Source: Pseudomonadota bacterium
Lineage (GTDB): Bacteria; Desulfobacterota; Syntrophia; Syntrophales; UBA5619
Reading direction: 5' to 3'
Length of the DNA: 58,138 nt
Assembly: GCA_018827585.1 (NCBI GenBank)
Contig: JAHJXP010000016.1
Coordinates: 1 to 58,138, forward strand
A program made the translations under genes and the position numbers. The notes under the pieces were generated by a model. The model searched no databases. It was not told where the DNA came from and saw only the letters and a program-made list of their open reading frames with translations. This document shows, in pieces, positions 1 through 8,964 of this stretch (positions within the stretch are counted from its first letter, which is position 1; each line of letters begins with the position of its first letter).

Positions 1-1592
1 ACGATGAGGCGATCAGACGTTTGAGAAGATTAAAGCTTCGCGAAGAAAAGCCTTTTGCCGTCATGGTGAAAGACATCGAGCAGGCCTCGCGGCTGGCGAT
101 ATTAAATGACGAAGAAAAAGCCCTGCTCATGTATATTGAGCGGCCTATCGTCCTGGTCGTGAAAGGAAACAAAGACATTGTGGCGCCGTCTGTCGCGCCG
201 GGCCTTAAGGATTTGGGGATCATGCTGCCTTATACGCCGCTTCATCATCTATTAACTGAAGATTTTCAAGCCCTGGTCATGACGAGCGCCAATCGGACAG
301 ATGAGCCGATCTGCATCCGGAATCGCGAGGCTGTAACAAGACTCTCCGGTATTGCCGATTATTTCCTCGTTCATAACCGGGATATCCTGGTACGCTGCGA
401 CGATAGCGTTACCACGGTTCATGCCGGCCGGCCGCGATTGGTCAGACGTGCGCGCGGCTTTGCCCCAAAACCAGTTACACTTAGGGGAGACTATCCTGAA
501 GTCCTGGCCCTGGGCGCTCATTTGAAGGCGACATTGTGTATCATTAAGAAAAATCATGCCTTTCTGAGTCCCCATATCGGCGATATGGAAACGCCGCTGG
601 CGAGGGATTTTTTTCATGAGAATATCGCCCTGATGAAGCACATCACACAGTGTAATCCCTCTGTCGTGGCCTGCGATCTCCATCCCGGCTACTATTCGAG
701 CATGGCAGCCGGCACGCTGGGGGCTTCCGAGGTCATTGCGGTTCAGCATCACCATGCCCATATCGTCGGTTGCATGGCGGAAAACGGCCTCTCTGGGGAT
801 GTAATTGGCCTTGCGATGGATGGCGCCGGCTATGGGCCGGATGGTCAGGTATGGGGCGGAGAAGTGCTCGTTGCCAATGAGATGGATTTTCGGCGAGCTG
901 GCCATATCAGTTATTTCTTGCTTCCCGGCGGCGAAAAGGCGATTCATGAACCCTGGCGGATAGCCGCAGGCCTCCTGAGGCTTTCTTATGGAAACGACTG
1001 GCAAGATGTGGCAAAAAGCCTTAATATCATTACTGATCGCCAAATACTTGGCTTGACGGAAAAAATCATGGCTGGTCGGATCAACAGCCCTTACACATCG
1101 AGCCTTGGCCGACTGTTCGATGGCGTTGCTTCAATAATTGGCCTCCGCCGTAAGGTCCGATACGAGGGGCAGGCGGCGATGGAACTTGAGGCTCTTGCAA
1201 TCCATGCGGAAAGTCCCTGTTTGCCATATACAATTCAAAAAGATAAAGAGACTCTTACCTTTGATTTTGCCCCAACAATCAAAGCGATTGTGGAGGGGAA
1301 ACTGGCAGGACAATCCCAAGAGGCGTTGGCCAGTGTCTTTCATATTACACTGGTCGAGGCATTCGCGGCGATGGCCAATACTGTCCGTCAGGAATCGGGC
1401 TTGACCCGTGTCGTTTTAAGTGGTGGATGTTTTCAAAACAGGTTTTTGCTTGAGGGGTGTGTCTCGTCATTGGAGAAGGCTAAATTTGAGGTCTTTATCC
1501 ATCAGCGCATACCCACCAATGACGGTGGTATTTCCCTGGGGCAGGCGGTCATTGCAGGGTCACGAATAAAATCCAAAAGGAATAATTGTTAG
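1..1592 (+). CDS. hypF: [NiFe]-hydrogenase maturation carbamoyltransferase HypF, C-terminal ~530 aa (5' end outside window)
   Basis: The frame is open from the window edge (DEAIRRLRRLKLREEKPFAVMV...), so the TTG at 21 is not the true start. Sequence is YrdC-like followed by a Kae1/HypF-type C-terminal domain. hypE starts 2 nt after its stop. Confidence 0.9.
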   Translation, partial: DEAIRRLRRLKLREEKPFAVMVKDIEQASRLAILNDEEKALLMYIERPIVLVVKGNKDIVAPSVAPGLKDLGIMLPYTPLHHLLTEDFQALVMTSANRTDEPICIRNREAVTRLSGIADYFLVHNRDILVRCDDSVTTVHAGRPRLVRRARGFAPKPVTLRGDYPEVLALGAHLKATLCIIKKNHAFLSPHIGDMETPLARDFFHENIALMKHITQCNPSVVACDLHPGYYSSMAAGTLGASEVIAVQHHHAHIVGCMAENGLSGDVIGLAMDGAGYGPDGQVWGGEVLVANEMDFRRAGHISYFLLPGGEKAIHEPWRIAAGLLRLSYGNDWQDVAKSLNIITDRQILGLTEKIMAGRINSPYTSSLGRLFDGVASIIGLRRKVRYEGQAAMELEALAIHAESPCLPYTIQKDKETLTFDFAPTIKAIVEGKLAGQSQEALASVFHITLVEAFAAMANTVRQESGLTRVVLSGGCFQNRFLLEGCVSSLEKAKFEVFIHQRIPTNDGGISLGQAVIAGSRIKSKRNNC

Positions 1593-1594
1593 CC

Positions 1595-2605
1595 ATGAAA
1601 TATGACAACGTGTTGCTTGCCCATGGCGGGGGTGGTCTTTTAACCGGTCAATTGATTGCCGAAAAATTTTTACCTTTGTTTTCAAATCCCTATCTGGAGA
1701 AGATGGAAGACGGGGCGGTTTTCAATATTGGAGATCAAAAGTTTTGCTTTACCACGGACTCCTACGTGGTCAATCCGATTTTTTTCCCGGGCGGTGATAT
1801 CGGCGCCTTGGCCGTGAATGGTACGGTCAATGACCTGGCCATGTGTGGGGGAAGGCCGTTATTCTTAAGCGCCGGCTTCATTTTAGAGGAGGGTTTTCCT
1901 ATGGCGCATCTTGAGACGATTATCGCATCCATGTCAGAGGCGGCCAAAAAGGCAGGGGTAGCGATCGTTACCGGTGATACGAAGGTTGTTCCCAGAGGTG
2001 CGGCAGACGGCATTTTCATCAATACGGCCGGTGTTGGCGTCATCAATTATATCGGTAATGTCTCTGTAAAGGCCATCGAACCTGGCGATGTCGTCATTTT
2101 GAACGGAACCATGGGAGACCACGGGGTAACAATCCTCAATCAACGGCAGGCTCTAAGTTTCGACATGAATATCACTTCTGATACGGCGCCACTGGGCGGT
2201 CTTGTTGAGGTAATTCTTGATGCGAGTGCACATATACATGCCATGCGGGATGCCACAAGGGGTGGCCTGGGGGCAGTTATTGCCGAGATGGCTGTACAGT
2301 CACAGACCATCATTGAAATTGACGAGGCCCGGATACCCGTCCATGACGAAGTCCGAGGGTTCTGTGAAGTCTTAGGGATAGATCCCCTGTTTCTGGCCAA
2401 TGAGGGTAAGATGGTTGTTTTTTGCTCTGAGGCTGATGCCCTGGCAGTCCTTGCTGCCATGAAAAGCCACGAATACGGGAAGGATGCCGCGATCATTGGT
2501 ACGGTAAAAGAAAGAGACCGGGGACGCTTTGTTCTTAAGACCATCATCGGCGGCTTGCGGGAGATTGATCTACCGTCCGGGGAGCTCGTGCCGAGAATTT
2601 GTTAA
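1595..2605 (+). CDS. hypE: hydrogenase expression/formation protein HypE
   Basis: The ATG at 1595 (in frame with track ORF 1586) gives MKYDNVLLAHGGGG. The body is PurM/AIR-synthase-like and ends with the HypE-specific C-terminal PRIC motif. Confidence 0.9.
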   Translation: MKYDNVLLAHGGGGLLTGQLIAEKFLPLFSNPYLEKMEDGAVFNIGDQKFCFTTDSYVVNPIFFPGGDIGALAVNGTVNDLAMCGGRPLFLSAGFILEEGFPMAHLETIIASMSEAAKKAGVAIVTGDTKVVPRGAADGIFINTAGVGVINYIGNVSVKAIEPGDVVILNGTMGDHGVTILNQRQALSFDMNITSDTAPLGGLVEVILDASAHIHAMRDATRGGLGAVIAEMAVQSQTIIEIDEARIPVHDEVRGFCEVLGIDPLFLANEGKMVVFCSEADALAVLAAMKSHEYGKDAAIIGTVKERDRGRFVLKTIIGGLREIDLPSGELVPRIC

Positions 2606-2741
2606 AATTTTTGGTTCTTTCGCAAAAAAGTAGAATATCAGCCAGTCAATCGATAGAAGTTCTTTAAAAACAGTTGCATAAAAAAGCACATCGGGTGCAA
2701 GCAACGGCGGGTAACTTATTTCAGCACGACCGCCCTTTCAA

Positions 2742-3869
2742 TTATATTTTCCAATCACGAACATTGCCAGGAAATGAGTATCTCTCCAGCACCGCCATGG
2801 CATCGGGCGCCAAACCTCGTATTTCCTTGCCGACCTCTCCGGAAAACTTCCTCAGAAAGTGATGAATCAAGAGCGGCAGGTCTCCCTTCCTATCCTTCAG
2901 AGGAGGAAGATTCACCGGAATAACGTTGATGCGGAAAAACAGATCTTCCCGGAAGGCGCCTTTTGCCACCATGGCCAGCAGGTTTATGTTCGTGGCCACC
3001 ACGAGGCGGATATCGATCGGAACAGGCCGGGTGTCGCCGATGGGGGTCAGCACCCGTTCCTGCAACACCCTGAGCAGTTTAGCCTGGGTGGCAAGGCTGA
3101 TATTGGAAATTTCGTCCAGAAAAAGGGTGCCCCCGTCAGCCACTTTAAAAAGCCCAGTCTTGCTGTGGACGGCCCCGGTGAAGGAGCCTTTTACGTGGCC
3201 GAACAGCTCGCTTTCCAACAGTGTTTCCGGGAGGGACGTGCAATCCACGGCCACGAAGGGATGGTCATGCCTGGGGCTGTTTTTGTGAACGGCGCGCGCC
3301 ACCAGCTCCTTGCCTGTCCCGCTTTCGCCGGTAATCAATACCGTACTGTCGGTGGGGGCCACCTGCATGATCCGGCGATAGACCTTCTGCATCTCGACGC
3401 TTTCGCCGACAAAGTCATCAAAACCATGGCCGGCGCTGAGTTTTTTCTTTGCGGAAAAACTCTCCATCGCCAATGTTTTATAGTCGACCGCCTTCCGCAC
3501 CTTGTCGATGATCAGCTCGGAAGTAAACGGCTTGGCAATGTAATCGAAAGCGCCGTTTTTCATGGCCTCCACAGCGGTATCTACGGTTGAATAGCCGGTG
3601 ATAATAACGACCGGCACCTCAGGTTGCAGTATCTTTATGGTTTTAAGGACCTCCATCCCGTCCATGCCCGGCATCTTCAGGTCCGTAATCACCACGTCGA
3701 AATCCTGTTCCTGGATTTTTTCTACGGCCGTCCGTCCGCTGGCCGAGGTGTCCACGTGATAGCCTTCGGCTGAAAGAATGCGGCGCATCCCCTCCCTGAT
3801 CACTTCCTCATCGTCAACCACGAGGAGATGATGCTTACCCTGATTTTTTTCTTGCTTGTCTATTTCCAT
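2742..3869 (-). CDS. sigma-54-dependent response regulator (REC + AAA+) without a DNA-binding HTH; last codons look frameshifted
   Basis: Receiver (LLVVDDEE..., DVVITDLKMPGMDG), Walker A GESGTGKE and a GSFTGA sigma-54 contact loop. The ORF ends ...PGNVRDWKI*. Skipping one base after CGT GA restores the canonical ...NVR-x-LENIIERAVVLK* with a stop at 2716-2718. No Fis-type HTH is encoded in any frame. Confidence 0.8.
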   Translation of the reverse strand: MEIDKQEKNQGKHHLLVVDDEEVIREGMRRILSAEGYHVDTSASGRTAVEKIQEQDFDVVITDLKMPGMDGMEVLKTIKILQPEVPVVIITGYSTVDTAVEAMKNGAFDYIAKPFTSELIIDKVRKAVDYKTLAMESFSAKKKLSAGHGFDDFVGESVEMQKVYRRIMQVAPTDSTVLITGESGTGKELVARAVHKNSPRHDHPFVAVDCTSLPETLLESELFGHVKGSFTGAVHSKTGLFKVADGGTLFLDEISNISLATQAKLLRVLQERVLTPIGDTRPVPIDIRLVVATNINLLAMVAKGAFREDLFFRINVIPVNLPPLKDRKGDLPLLIHHFLRKFSGEVGKEIRGLAPDAMAVLERYSFPGNVRDWKI

Positions 3870-4122
3870 AATTTGACCGCAGAAAAAACCGCTGTCGTCT
3901 TTTTCCCTGAGGAAGCCAAAAGCGCTTATCCGGTTGCGTTTCCCGCCATTTCTTCATTGCCTGACTATTCATCTGTTTTTTAAAAAGCACCTGCCCTTGG
4001 ATCGGTTGAGCATATGAAGATGGCGATTGAGTGTCAAGAAAAAATGGCGCAAGGCGCGTCGACAACATGTGCTGCGCGCACCGGCTTCTCGATTGTCGGA
4101 GATCTGTAAAATCATGATGTTT

Positions 4123-4138
4123 TGGCGCTTAACGTGCA
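4123..4138 (+). promoter_or_regulatory. candidate sigma-54 (-24/-12) promoter TGGCGC-N5-GTGCA upstream of the sensor kinase operon
   Basis: TGGCGCTTAACGTGCA has GG and GC at the consensus spacing of TGGCAC-N5-TTGCA. It lies about 210 nt upstream of the kinase ATG, and a MITE-like element sits in between. Confidence 0.5.
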
Positions 4139-4197
4139 AGAATTATATTGCAATTGCCCCGCACTGGATGATAAGAACAATACAGTCATGACACATT

Positions 4198-4339
4198 CGT
4201 AAAAAGTCGTCCTTACTGTCTCCCCGGCGACTTCCTGATCGAGGTCCGGGACAGGCCCCGCGGTCCAGAACATATTGAAATAACTGTATTACCATTTTAA
4301 CCGGAATGACGACAGGAGGCGAGAAAGCACTTTTTTACG
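4198..4339. repeat. MITE-like intergenic element, family B (terminal inverted repeats CGTAAAAAG ... CTTTTTTACG)
   Basis: About 140 nt bounded by inverted CGTAAAAA(A)G / CTTTTTTACG ends. The internal CCGGAATGA...GAGGC...CTTTTT block is shared with the copy at 5942-6054. Confidence 0.5.
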
Positions 4340-4348
4340 AGTTCAATT

Positions 4349-5929
4349 ATGAAATCTCCAAAGATGTTCGATAAAATCATTGGCATTGCCAATTCGATCG
4401 GCGTAAAGTTTTTTATGCTGCTGGTTGTCTTGCTGATTCTTTCCTTCGGAATTATTACATATGTCAACATCTATTTCATGACCGCCCTTTTCCGGGAAGA
4501 TGTCGTCCGCAATGCAGTCCAGGTAAGCAACGTCATCAAGCGGGCCACTTACAACAGCATGCTGGAAAATCGCCGGGATGATCTGACCAACACGATTCTT
4601 AGCATCGGTAAGGAAGAGGAATTTGAGGGCATACGGATTTATAACAAAATAGGGATTATTGCCTTCTCCGACCGACTTGAAGAGCTTGGCCAGATTGCCG
4701 ATAAAAAAGCGGAACAGTGTTATGTTTGTCACGCGGAAGAGCCGGCAAAGGGAGTTGTGCCCACCATTGACCGCACCCGGGCGCTGAAATCCCCGAAAGG
4801 ATACCGCATCTTGGGTCTGATTAACCCTATCGAGAATGAACCGGCATGTTATAATGCCGCCTGTCACGCCCACTCTCCCAAGGAAAAATTGCTCGGCATT
4901 CTGGACGTCAAGCTGTCCCTGGAAAAGGGAGACAAGAGAATTATCGAGACGAGAAACAAGATGATCATCTACTCCGTCATTCTGATATTGATAACCGCCT
5001 TGGTGAAGTGGTGCTTCACCCAGAAAATGATCCGCAGTCCCATAACAAAGCTCAACTTGGCCACCAGAGAAGTGGCCAACCTCAATCTTGACTATAGGGT
5101 CGATATAACTTCCAGGGATGAGCTGGGGGTTCTGGCGGATTCTTTTAATAAGATGACCGGGGGGCTGAAGGCGTCCGCCGAGGAACTCAGAAAAGCCCAA
5201 TCAAGATTGATATTGTCGGAAAAGATGGCCTCATTGGGGAAACTTTCGGCAATGGTGGCCCATGAAATCAACAACCCTCTTTCAGGGATTCTCTCCTATG
5301 CCAAGCTCTCCTCCAAATATTTAGGTCAGGAAAAAATAGATTCCGGCACCTTGGGGATTGTTGACAAAAATCTTCACATCATCAGCAAAGAGGCCAAAAG
5401 GTGTGGCGATATCGTTAAAAATCTGCTCCTCTTTACAAAAAGGAGCTCAGGGGATTTTAAGGCGGAGCACCTCAATGAGATTATCGATGCCAGTATGGGC
5501 ATCGTTGCGCATAGCGCCGAAATGAATGATTTAAAGCTTATAAAAGAACTGGACGAGGGAGATGACTGCGTTCATTGTGATCCGGGCGATATTCAGCAGG
5601 TGCTGGTTGCTTTGATTATCAATTCCATCGAGCACTCCAATCGGGGGGGGAAGATAATTGTCAGGACCGATTATCGAGGCGATAATGATCAGGCCCGGAT
5701 AATGGTAATAGATAACGGCAAAGGGATCCCCAAAGACGCTCTTCCTCATATATTTGAACCGTTCTTCTCCATGAAGAAGTCGGAAAAGAATATCGGCCTC
5801 GGCCTTTCCGTGGTTTATGGCATTATAAAACAGTACGGGGGAACAATAGATGTGGAGTCCAAGGATGAGGAGGGGACAAAATTTACCATTGCCTTGCCCC
5901 GACTGCCGGCTGTGAAAAGGGATGCATAA
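4349..5929 (+). CDS. sensor histidine kinase with a periplasmic c-type haem-binding domain, HAMP, HisKA and HATPase
   Basis: Two TM segments flank a periplasmic region carrying CYVCH (CxxCH) and CYNAACH (Cx4CH). HAMP follows, then the H-box SAMVAHEINNPL and ATPase boxes (IDNGKGIP, GLGLSVV). Confidence 0.85.
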   Translation: MKSPKMFDKIIGIANSIGVKFFMLLVVLLILSFGIITYVNIYFMTALFREDVVRNAVQVSNVIKRATYNSMLENRRDDLTNTILSIGKEEEFEGIRIYNKIGIIAFSDRLEELGQIADKKAEQCYVCHAEEPAKGVVPTIDRTRALKSPKGYRILGLINPIENEPACYNAACHAHSPKEKLLGILDVKLSLEKGDKRIIETRNKMIIYSVILILITALVKWCFTQKMIRSPITKLNLATREVANLNLDYRVDITSRDELGVLADSFNKMTGGLKASAEELRKAQSRLILSEKMASLGKLSAMVAHEINNPLSGILSYAKLSSKYLGQEKIDSGTLGIVDKNLHIISKEAKRCGDIVKNLLLFTKRSSGDFKAEHLNEIIDASMGIVAHSAEMNDLKLIKELDEGDDCVHCDPGDIQQVLVALIINSIEHSNRGGKIIVRTDYRGDNDQARIMVIDNGKGIPKDALPHIFEPFFSMKKSEKNIGLGLSVVYGIIKQYGGTIDVESKDEEGTKFTIALPRLPAVKRDA

Positions 5930-5941
5930 GAATGACTACCC

Positions 5942-6054
5942 CGTAAAAAAGTTGTCACACCGGTGAAAACCGGTGTCCAGTGTTTTTGTGACTATTTGAA
6001 TGGATTCTGGCTTTTGCCGGAATGATATAAACGAGGCATTCGGGGCTTTTTCCG
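5942..6054. repeat. MITE-like intergenic element, family B, second (shorter) copy
   Basis: Starts CGTAAAAAAGTTGTCACACCGGTGAAAACCGGTGTCC (internal hairpin) and ends CTTTTTCCG. It lies between the kinase stop and the downstream regulator start. Confidence 0.45.
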
Positions 6055-6090
6055 AATTCGTTAAAAAATAATGGATGAGGAATCATTGAG

Positions 6091-7434
6091 ATGAAACCGG
6101 AAGAAATAGGAATACTGATCGTTGATGACGAACCCTCGGTGAGAGATTCTCTTTATCAATGGTTCACGGTCGACGGCTATCGGGTGGATACCGCCGAGGA
6201 TGCTGCTACTGCCTTGAAGAAGCTTCAGGAAAAACCATGGGACATTATCCTGCTGGACATCAAGATGCCGGGAATGGATGGGATAGAACTCCAGAATCGC
6301 ATCAAGCAGATTGATAAGAACATAGTGACCATTATCATCACTGCTTATGCCACCGTGGATACCGCCATCCAGGCGCTGAAGGACGGGGCCTTCGACTACG
6401 TTACCAAACCCATCGATCCCGATGACTTGAGCAGGCTGATCAGAAATGCCGTAGAAAAAAGAAGGCTTGTTACGGAAAACATTCAACTGCGCCAACAGAT
6501 TGAAGAGCTTATGCTTCCCGATGAAGTGGTGGGAGAGAGTCCTGCCATAAAAAAGGTGATGGAGATGGTCAATACCGTCGCCAAAACCGATTCCACCGTG
6601 ATGATTCTGGGGGAAAGCGGAACCGGTAAAGAGCTCATCGCCCGGGCAATCCACAGCCGAAGTTCACGAAAATATTTCCCGATTATTACAATTAACTGCG
6701 GCGCCTACCCGGAAGGTTTGCTGGAAAGCGAGCTCTTCGGTCATGAAAAGGGGTCCTTTACCGGGGCCATATACCGAAGAAAGGGCAAGTTAGAGATGGC
6801 CGACAAGGGGACCCTTTTCCTGGACGAGATAGGCAATATCAGTGAAAAGATGCAGATGGACCTTCTTCGGGTCATTGAAACCAAGAAATTTACCAGGCTG
6901 GGAGGCGACAAAACCATCGATTGCGATTTTCGGGTCATCTCTGCTACCAACAAGGACCTTGAAAAAGCGGTAAAGGATGAAAGCTTCCGGGAAGATCTCT
7001 ATTACCGGTTGAATGTTTTTTCCATTGTATTGCCTCCTCTCCGGGAAAGGAGATCGGACATTCCTCTGATTGCCAGATATTTTCTAAATAAATACACTCA
7101 ATCAATGAATAAGAATGTGACCGACTTTTCCCCGCGGGCGATGGAGATGTTTACCGCATACGATTGGCCGGGAAATATCCGGGAGGTTAGAAATGTAGTC
7201 GAAAGGGCCATGGTCGTGGCAAAGGGAAACCAGATTCAAGCGGAAGAGCTGTCTTTTCCCTTTCCGTCTTTATCCAGCCCTTCCGGCGGAGAATCCCTGG
7301 ACGATGTGGAAAAAGATCAGATCGTGAAGATATTGAATAAAACCAAGGGGAATATCGCTCAGGCGGCTGACATCCTCAAGATCAGCCGGCTTACCCTTTA
7401 CAATAAAATCGAAAAATATCATCTCAAGAGATGA
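6091..7434 (+). CDS. sigma-54-dependent Fis-family response regulator (NtrC/AtoC type, full length)
   Basis: REC (ILIVDDEP, DIILLDIKMPGMDG), Walker A GESGTGKE, GSFTGA, and a C-terminal HTH (GNIAQAADILKISRLTLYNKIEKY). Confidence 0.9.
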   Translation: MKPEEIGILIVDDEPSVRDSLYQWFTVDGYRVDTAEDAATALKKLQEKPWDIILLDIKMPGMDGIELQNRIKQIDKNIVTIIITAYATVDTAIQALKDGAFDYVTKPIDPDDLSRLIRNAVEKRRLVTENIQLRQQIEELMLPDEVVGESPAIKKVMEMVNTVAKTDSTVMILGESGTGKELIARAIHSRSSRKYFPIITINCGAYPEGLLESELFGHEKGSFTGAIYRRKGKLEMADKGTLFLDEIGNISEKMQMDLLRVIETKKFTRLGGDKTIDCDFRVISATNKDLEKAVKDESFREDLYYRLNVFSIVLPPLRERRSDIPLIARYFLNKYTQSMNKNVTDFSPRAMEMFTAYDWPGNIREVRNVVERAMVVAKGNQIQAEELSFPFPSLSSPSGGESLDDVEKDQIVKILNKTKGNIAQAADILKISRLTLYNKIEKYHLKR

Positions 7435-7455
7435 TCTGATAAAATAGTATCTGTG

Positions 7456-8046
7456 ATGTCTTATATTTATATTGTGCCTATTGAACTGGAGGATCATTCT
7501 TGCCTTGAAAAGCTGGAGAGCTTTTTTTTTGAAACTTTCCATCTGAAGACCAGGAGAAGAGAGTTTAAGATCAATTTAAAGGAGGCTTTCGATCCGAACA
7601 GGGGTCAATACAACTCTTCCCTTATCCTCCGGCAATTAATCATGAAGCCCCCCCGGGACGCGGAAAAGATACTGGCAGTCCTGGATGTGGATCTTTTTAT
7701 TCCCATTCTTACTTTTGTTTTCGGCGAGGCCCAGCTTAAGGGAATAGGGGCGGTAGTTTCCACCCGCCGCCTTCATAACCGGTTCTACGGTTTGCCGGAA
7801 GACGCAGAGGTCACAACCGATCGCCTGTTGAAAGAGTCGGTGCACGAACTGGGACACACCTTTGGGCTGATCCACTGTTCACAGCCAAAATGCGTAATGA
7901 ACTCTTCTACCTATGTGGAGAATATCGATCTGAAACAGGCTGAGCTGTGTCCCTTGTGTCAAAAGAGCATAAAGATCGATAGAACTCGCACCGCCCACAA
8001 GGGATTCCGGTTTTCGTGGTGGGGTAAAAACAGTAGGGTGGGTTAG
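7456..8046 (+). CDS. amzA: archaemetzincin-type zinc metallopeptidase (peptidase M54)
   Basis: HELGHTFGLIHCSQPKCVM...CPLC matches the archaemetzincin HExxHxxGx3Cx4CxM...CxxC signature. The ATG at 7456 is preferred over the GTG at 7453. Confidence 0.8.
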   Translation: MSYIYIVPIELEDHSCLEKLESFFFETFHLKTRRREFKINLKEAFDPNRGQYNSSLILRQLIMKPPRDAEKILAVLDVDLFIPILTFVFGEAQLKGIGAVVSTRRLHNRFYGLPEDAEVTTDRLLKESVHELGHTFGLIHCSQPKCVMNSSTYVENIDLKQAELCPLCQKSIKIDRTRTAHKGFRFSWWGKNSRVG

Positions 8047-8103
8047 CGAAGCGCAACCCGCCGGCTATTTCGGTGCGTGACGGCCGAGGCCCACCGCACC
8101 CTA
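8034..8103. repeat. REP-like palindromic element between convergent genes (TAGGGTG ... CACCCTA ends)
   Basis: Terminal inverted TAGGGTG/CACCCTA plus internal hairpins GGGTT-N10-AACCC and GGTGCG-N16-CGCACC. The stop codons of both flanking genes (8044-8046 and 8101-8103) lie inside it. Confidence 0.45.
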
Positions 8104-8943
8104 TCCTTCATTGCGCCCGTGTCGGGCATGGAGGTTGGATAGCAATTTTCTGTAATTTTTGGATCTGCCGATAAAGAACTCTAAAATCTTGGTCTTCTGC
8201 CTGGAAGTGACGATACTGAGCACGTCCTGCAGGCAGCCGATCCTGACCCCCCCATCCTGCATCGTGGGGCCGACCATTTGGGGGTTGTTTTTCAGCATCG
8301 AGTCGGTCAGGGCGATTATCTCCTGTTCCTCCCTTTGATACCATGAGAGGGCTTTTCTTCCAAAAAGGAGATTTTTCAGGTCGCTTTCAAGATTTTCCGG
8401 TTTTATTGTGACCAGCCAGCCATCTCCTCGCGGATCGGCGATGATCAGTTCCGGCTCCTTTTTCAGGCGTGGATTTACCATCTGAATTGAACCGGAAAGC
8501 GGAGAAATAACGGGCAGGATATAATCTTCCTGGATAATATGTGCGCAGCATTCCCCCTGGCGGGCAAAGCTCCCTGCCTGGGGCAGGATAACAACCTTGA
8601 CGTTGAAAATGAGCCCGGTTAAAAGATCGTCCAGTCCCATCCTCACTATTTCCGGATTTTCCACTTTCACCCAGCAATGATCGGGGTGATAGAAGACGGA
8701 TCCGTTGATCCGGGCGGAGGAACCGCCATTTGGCGATCCCTCCGCCCAATCTCCTTCCGCCTCCTGAAAATCACCTTCCCGGCTTTTCTCATTTTTTATA
8801 GCCAGGTCAAAAGGACAGAACTCGCACTGAAAGTTTCTGTCGCACAGTTTGTAGGATATCAATCCGGTCGTCATCCAGACGCACTTTCGCTCTTCCTCAG
8901 GTATCAGGGGATAACTTTTATTTCTTGCACTCATTGAAGCCAT
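8101..8943 (-). CDS. GcvH-fold protein with an N-terminal Cys cluster and a C-terminal extension (no lipoyl-Lys)
   Basis: Central region (FYHPDHCWVKVENPEIVRMGLDDLL...PLSGSIQMVN...DPRGDGWLV) aligns to the glycine-cleavage H fold. The N-terminus carries C-x12-C-x5-C-x2-C. The lipoyl-Lys position reads IIQEDYILPVISPLSG. Confidence 0.7.
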   Translation of the reverse strand: MASMSARNKSYPLIPEEERKCVWMTTGLISYKLCDRNFQCEFCPFDLAIKNEKSREGDFQEAEGDWAEGSPNGGSSARINGSVFYHPDHCWVKVENPEIVRMGLDDLLTGLIFNVKVVILPQAGSFARQGECCAHIIQEDYILPVISPLSGSIQMVNPRLKKEPELIIADPRGDGWLVTIKPENLESDLKNLLFGRKALSWYQREEQEIIALTDSMLKNNPQMVGPTMQDGGVRIGCLQDVLSIVTSRQKTKILEFFIGRSKNYRKLLSNLHARHGRNEG

Positions 8944-8964
8944 TTTGCTCGCTGCCTTGACCTT

